In this document: positions 15,001 through 21,000 of the stretch, piece after piece | Position numbering within the stretch: the first letter of the stretch is position 1 | Layout: each line of letters opens with the position of its first letter | Source of the DNA: Puniceicoccaceae bacterium | Lineage (GTDB): Bacteria > Verrucomicrobiota > Verrucomicrobiia > Opitutales > Oceanipulchritudinaceae | Assembly: GCA_040830765.1 (NCBI GenBank) | Contig: JBFOMH010000019.1 | Location: 128,001-192,000, forward strand | DNA: 64,000 nucleotides | Direction: 5' to 3' | Position numbers and translations under genes: made by a program | Notes under the pieces: model-generated | Database searches by the model: none | What the model was told of the DNA's origin: nothing | What the model saw: the letters and a program-made list of their open reading frames with translations, nothing else

Positions 15001-18000
15001 TCAAGGAAGGCCAGAAAGGCATCCCATCCCCCGGTGATTGACCCCCACGCGTTTGTAAAATCTCCCAGGAATTCATCCAGTGCGCCTTGGAAGTCAGGCA
15101 GACTGTAGGTATACTGACCATCTACACCGGATTGCAACGGTACGTTGTCATCGAAAAGAGCGACAAAGAATGCTTCCAGTGAAGGAACCTCCAGTTCAAA
15201 ACTGCCGATAGGATTGGTTTTAGTAGGCGAAAACGTTGGCAGACTTGCTGACAGTCGGCCGGAAAGTGTCTGCTTCAAATCTACTTCTGAATCCATCTCT
15301 ACCAAGAGGTGATAGAGACTATCAGAAGTCTCACCGGTATTCCCAAGGTCGAAGGACCCGCGATTCAAGGTCAACTCCCATGTGGCCAGGTCATCCTCCG
15401 GGTTTTGTGGATTCGGATTGGACAGTTGAACAGAACCACCCACGATATGGACGCCAAGCCCGCCAAAACCAGCACTGAAATCAAGGTTGTCCGTGTCCAG
15501 TTTCGTGCCAACGGTAACTTGACTGGAATCCCTCAAATAGAATTGCGGTGAGAGTGGATCCGATAGTTCGATTGCAAAGTCGAAATCCAGGTCAATGAGG
15601 TGCGCAAGGGTGAGATCACCGCCTGCACTTATCAGGCTTGAGGGGATATTTCCCAGCTCCAGCGGAGCCAGATTGAAGTTCAATGGCAGCTCCTGACTTC
15701 CCCTGTCTCTAAAGTCAAATTCCACTTGCAGGAGATTATCCTCGAAGCTAACCGACCGGCTTTGAACAATGAGCCCATCGATGACTCCAGCAAATCCCGC
15801 TGTTGCCCGTATGGTTAGATTCGCCGCATCCTGGCCCTGCTCCCAGACGACCTTGTAGCGACCGGGGAGATCCTCATTTGCCTGCAGGATCACCAAGTCC
15901 TCCTGACCCTCAAGCACATTCTCCAAAACCAGTTGGCCAACATCGCCATTTCGCTCCAACAGTTCAAATTCGATAAAATAAGAGTTCCCCGCAACGAGAG
16001 GTGACTCGCTGTCCACTTCAAAAACCAGCGTATTGGTGGGATTTCCCGGAGATCCTAGAGCAACCATCTCCCCATCGTCTTCACCACGGACACGAATCGT
16101 ATTTTCATCAACAATGACGGCTGTGTACGGCTTCCCATCTTCCAATCCGGTGACATCGCTACTCCCGAACGTCCTGACGAAGACGATCCTGTCCCCTTCT
16201 GACAGATTATGCGGCGTTCCGAATTGGATTGTGTTGTTAGCCGCATCCACGTCAGTCAGTGGATCAAAAGCCAGGGATACCGGGATAAATCCCGGATCCT
16301 CAATGCCTTCGACAATCACAAATTCAGTGACAGCACCGAAGGTTGATTCCGTGCCTGAGATCGACCAGCCGCCGTTGAGCACCGGTGGACCGGCCAGCAG
16401 GCCGGAGGATCGCTCTTTTCCGTTGGAAATCTCAAACAAGGCATTGGAGAGGACCCGTTCCAGATCCGCGATGGTCAAGATTCCCGAACCTTCAATTTGA
16501 TCGACGATTCCCCCGAATACATCCGACAGGTCGACCAAATCGTTGATACTTTTCTCCAGCAATATGATCTCCTGAGAAAATAAGTCATTGTTCTCAAACT
16601 CATCGATTGATGCCTGGAGTTCCCTCAGCCCTTGAACAATTTTCTGAAAAGCTAGTTCCTTTAATTTGTCCAGCTCGGGAAAGTCCTCCAAAGTGACGGA
16701 AAGAGAGGCAACATCGAAGATATCGGTCCAGCTCACAACGATGAGCGGTTCGGTTCCTTCTTTTACCAAAGCATTGTGCAGGCTCGCGGGTCTCAACCGG
16801 ACAGGCAGTTCAATATTCAGGGTGCCGGAGGGTCTGGCTTGGAATTCCGTTTTCCCTGGGTCGGTATAACTGCCTACTTCAAATAACGCTTCCTCAGGTT
16901 TGGAAACACTTTCCCAGATTTCCTTGAAGGTCATTTCTCGAGATGGATCCTTGGCCTTGATCACCAGAGTCGCTCGACCACTGCCCGATCCATCCTGAAT
17001 GCCAACATTGAAGAACTGCAAATCGGCCAAGGCATCCACATCTGATGCCTGAAAACCAAACTCAGCAGATAATTCGAAGTCCCTGATGAAGAAATTCTCC
17101 GAAAGGGAATTGGACAGAAGCGGGGCACCCGTAATCAATCCATCCCTATCGTTGTCGGTTGAGAGGATGCCCAGCCCAAACCCAGGAGCCCCGGCGGTTG
17201 AGCCATTGAGGGCGATGATGGAGAAGGTTCCGGCACCATCCGTTAAATCCTGAAACGCCAAATTGTTGGAGTCACCTGAGAGCCGCACTGAAATATTTTG
17301 TCCTACATGCAGCGTGTCTGTTGCTGGTCCTGAACTCGAGGAAACCTTGAGGTTGTATGCCAATCCAGCGTCACCGCCATACACGCGCAGGAAATAATCA
17401 CCGGGCTCTAACTCCCTCAAGTCAATCTCTGGCAAATCCCCGGAGGTTAAGCGAATCGTATCCCCTGCATTGTCGATCAATTCAATAATCAACTCAGACA
17501 GCCCGAACCCCTCCAACGTGAGGCTATCTCCGGACTCCCCGGGCTCCTCAAGCGTGAACCGGAGCCAGTGTTCATCCTGACCGGACCGGAAAACCAGGCC
17601 GGTTACCTGATCAAGAAGACTAAACCGGTTCAAATCAAGCGCGTCATCTCGACTGTCATACAAGCTCTCAGCTAAAGCGGGAACAAATTGCCCCTCGGCC
17701 TGAAGGATTGAATCCACAACCGCTCCAATAGTCGAAAGCCCATCCAGGCTGATCGGAAAGACGGTACCATCAGCCAATTGGAATCCAATGTCATCAAGCC
17801 CCGGAACCACTCCCCTCACCCCGTTATCATTATTCAGTTCGGATAGCGCTGTCCCGGATGTTAATTCCCGCCGCGACTCAGGAATACGAATTCCGAACAC
17901 GAAGTTGGTCGCCAGTTCCGGCACAATCGACAAAGTCCCATCCGTGCTGATATTGACCAAATCTCCAAGGCCTTCCGAGAAATCAAGTTCAGCGGTTAAT

Positions 18001-21000
18001 GCTTCGAATGTGTGCCTGAAATCGATCTGGAAGGTCAACACTCCGGACGGCATGTCGAAATCGATCGCACTAAAGGCCGGAAAATCCAATTGGATGCCCT
18101 GGAGACTGTCGAAACCCGGTGAGCCCAGTTCGAGCTTCAGACCGTCGAAGAGTTCCCCGATGTAACGGAAAAAGTCCAACAGTTTATCAAGTGAAACATC
18201 GGGTAAAGTTATATCCCCAAGGTCCGGTAAACGGAGATTCTTGAGAAACGAAAAGTCAAATCCACTGAAGGCGGGCCCTTGTCCGAATTGGGTAAACCAG
18301 CCACTCAACTGGTCAAAGAGCCCGAGAAGATCAAACCCATCGAACAGGCTGAAGCGTCCAAAATCAAAACTGCCAGATCCCGGGTCTCCAGACTTCAGGC
18401 CATCAAACTTGAGCCAATCCGGGTTGAACTGGAAATCGAAGAATGTGTCCGGATCGATACACAAGTCGGTATCAATGCTCGTTGAAAACCCGTCCAGCTT
18501 TCGCTCATATCTTCCGATTTTCACGATTAGGGGCAGGTTCAGATCAAACCGGACATCGCCGCAGTCCATGGCAATGAGTTCATCAAGCGATGAAGCAAGC
18601 ATTTCAGCCACTGTAACCCGCCCATCTGAATTGGGATCAACGAAATTGAGCTCTGTTGTCAGAAGGAAATCAAGCGTGGCATTTGCACTGTCGACCTGGG
18701 TTTTGAGCTCTCCAAGACGCGCTGTCACGTCAATGGGATTGCTATCCGGGCCGGCAACCGCCTTGGCAGAAAGACTCAGCAGGGGTAGAACCGCTCCCTC
18801 AGAATTCCGGGCACTAGAAATGAAGAATGCATTGGAAGAAACCTGGTCAACAGAGAGGTCTATGCCGAAGGTAAACGCCAGTTCCAGCGCGAGTTCAAGA
18901 TCGACCGTTGTGTTGGAATCCAAGTCCAGTCCGATGTTCAGGTTATCCGCTGCATCTCCCAGATCGAGTGCGGCGTCCAGCGTCCTTTGCCCCTTGAAGA
19001 CGATATTCTGGAATAGGATTTCATTGCCACCTTCAATGACTATTTCAAAGTTCTCATCCAGGATGGGTGACCACTCCATGCCGTCGTGAATGAACGACTG
19101 CTTTTTTAATGTTTCGATCAGTCCAAAGCGGGTCGGTGCAGTGTCACCACTGAAGTAATTCTCAATCGGCTGAATCAGCGATTCATTGAGTTTGTCATAG
19201 ATCTCGATAAGGTCGTAAATGGAACGAGCTGCTTTGGCCAATTCCCCGTTATCCCGCTGTATCAACTCAACCAATCCCGGAATTTCCTTGGCGAGTTCGC
19301 TGGCGGCAATGTTCTCCGAGAGCACCCGGACCAGGGCCCTGATTCCATCAAGGATGGTGGCCTGCAGTGGTTCGGACAGTATCTCTGTGGCAGGAGGGGG
19401 AGTGAAGTTGACCTGATAAATTCCCCAGTTGGTTTCCCGGTAGTCTATAGTGAGGCCGTCTACAGCCAACGATTCCCCCTCCCAGAATCGCGGGTCGTTG
19501 AAGTAAATGCTGTCAATGGAAGCCGGGCTGGAAGCCGCGGCATCCCTCAGGGCAACAAACTGGGTCCTTATCCAGGATGAGTCGTATTTATCGGCGTCGA
19601 TAAGCAAATCCGCAATCTCCCAAAGGATGATCTCACTGTAAAATGCCTCCCGCGCTTGAAGAGCCGTACTCCAATCAAATCCTGCTACGCTTGAATCAGC
19701 TGCCCGGTATGAACCGTCAGGATTTTCAACGATGACGAAACTGTCACCCCCCGGCGCCGCGACGTAAGTCATCAGCTGCCCGGTGCTATCCGATTCAAGA
19801 ACGCCAAAGAAAGGGGTGTAGGTTCGGCTGCCGTCCGTTCTCAGGTTACCATTCTCATCGAAGGGCCGATTGCTGACCTCAATGAACGTAATCGGCGTAT
19901 TGTCCGGGACCTCGAAGTCTATTTGCAGGCCCAATTCGTGGAGGTCGTCCTGATCGTCAGGAGGACCATGCAAGGGCGTGTCCCCACCCTGCCTCAAACT
20001 GGCACTACGCAACTCCAATGCTGGCCCGGCTGATTCCAGCAGGTTAGCAGCCCGGTAGATTATTTCCGCAGCCCAGCTGGTTCCCCAATCCTCAAGCTGG
20101 GCCTTGCCATCTACACCCATCTGGACATCGAGCCCTTCCGATTGATTGTCAGAGAATTGTTCCCACCCGGGTGCATTGGGATCGTTAAGCCACGTCGGTA
20201 GTAATTCATTACTGGGGGTGTGCTCAATTGCCGCGGAGGCAGAGGTCTTGAACGAAACCGCCCCGTTAAACAGTCCAATTGCATGAGCAGTCCCGCTTCC
20301 AATCTGCCCGGATAAGGGCAACTCATTTCCTAAAGCACTGGGAAATCCCAGGAAATTGAGCCGCTGCTGAACACGTAAGACATTCAAGGCGTCCGTCCCA
20401 GCCTGGACGGCGAATTCCCCTGTTTGTGAGTAGCCTCTGTCCACTTGAATCGTGAACGACCTCGCTGCTCCTCCGTTGACCCGGTAATTGCCGGTCAGGA
20501 ATCCTTGAAATCCCCGGCTGGCGGGATCGACATCGGTAACTCCCAATGCCGTGCTGGGGGCGAAATGGAATATTCCTGTCGATGCGAATGTCCCTGTTGG
20601 AGAGTTGTCGTATTCAAATTCTGTAAACAGGGTCCCGATCAATTCAGTCCCATCGTAAATCGCCCAACTTCCTGATGGATTTTCCTGCGTTGTGTATCCA
20701 TCAAACCCAACCAGTTCATAGGTCGAGCCCGACGGCTGTTGCCCGCCAAGGTTGACCTCAATGAAATCTCCTGTCCGTCCTTCAGTGAAAACGCCCCCCC
20801 CGAGACTGACATTGTCCAAATGCACCTCGGCCTGGATGGCGTTGTCACTACCTCCATCAAGTGAGACCTCGAGCCGATAGATCTCCCTACCTGCAAAGCC
20901 TGCCGGCAGATTAAGACGAAGTGACCGGAAAGCCCCATCCTGGGCAACAAGAGAAACCGAGGGCAAATGGATCACCGCTGAGTTGTCCGATGGTAAAAGG

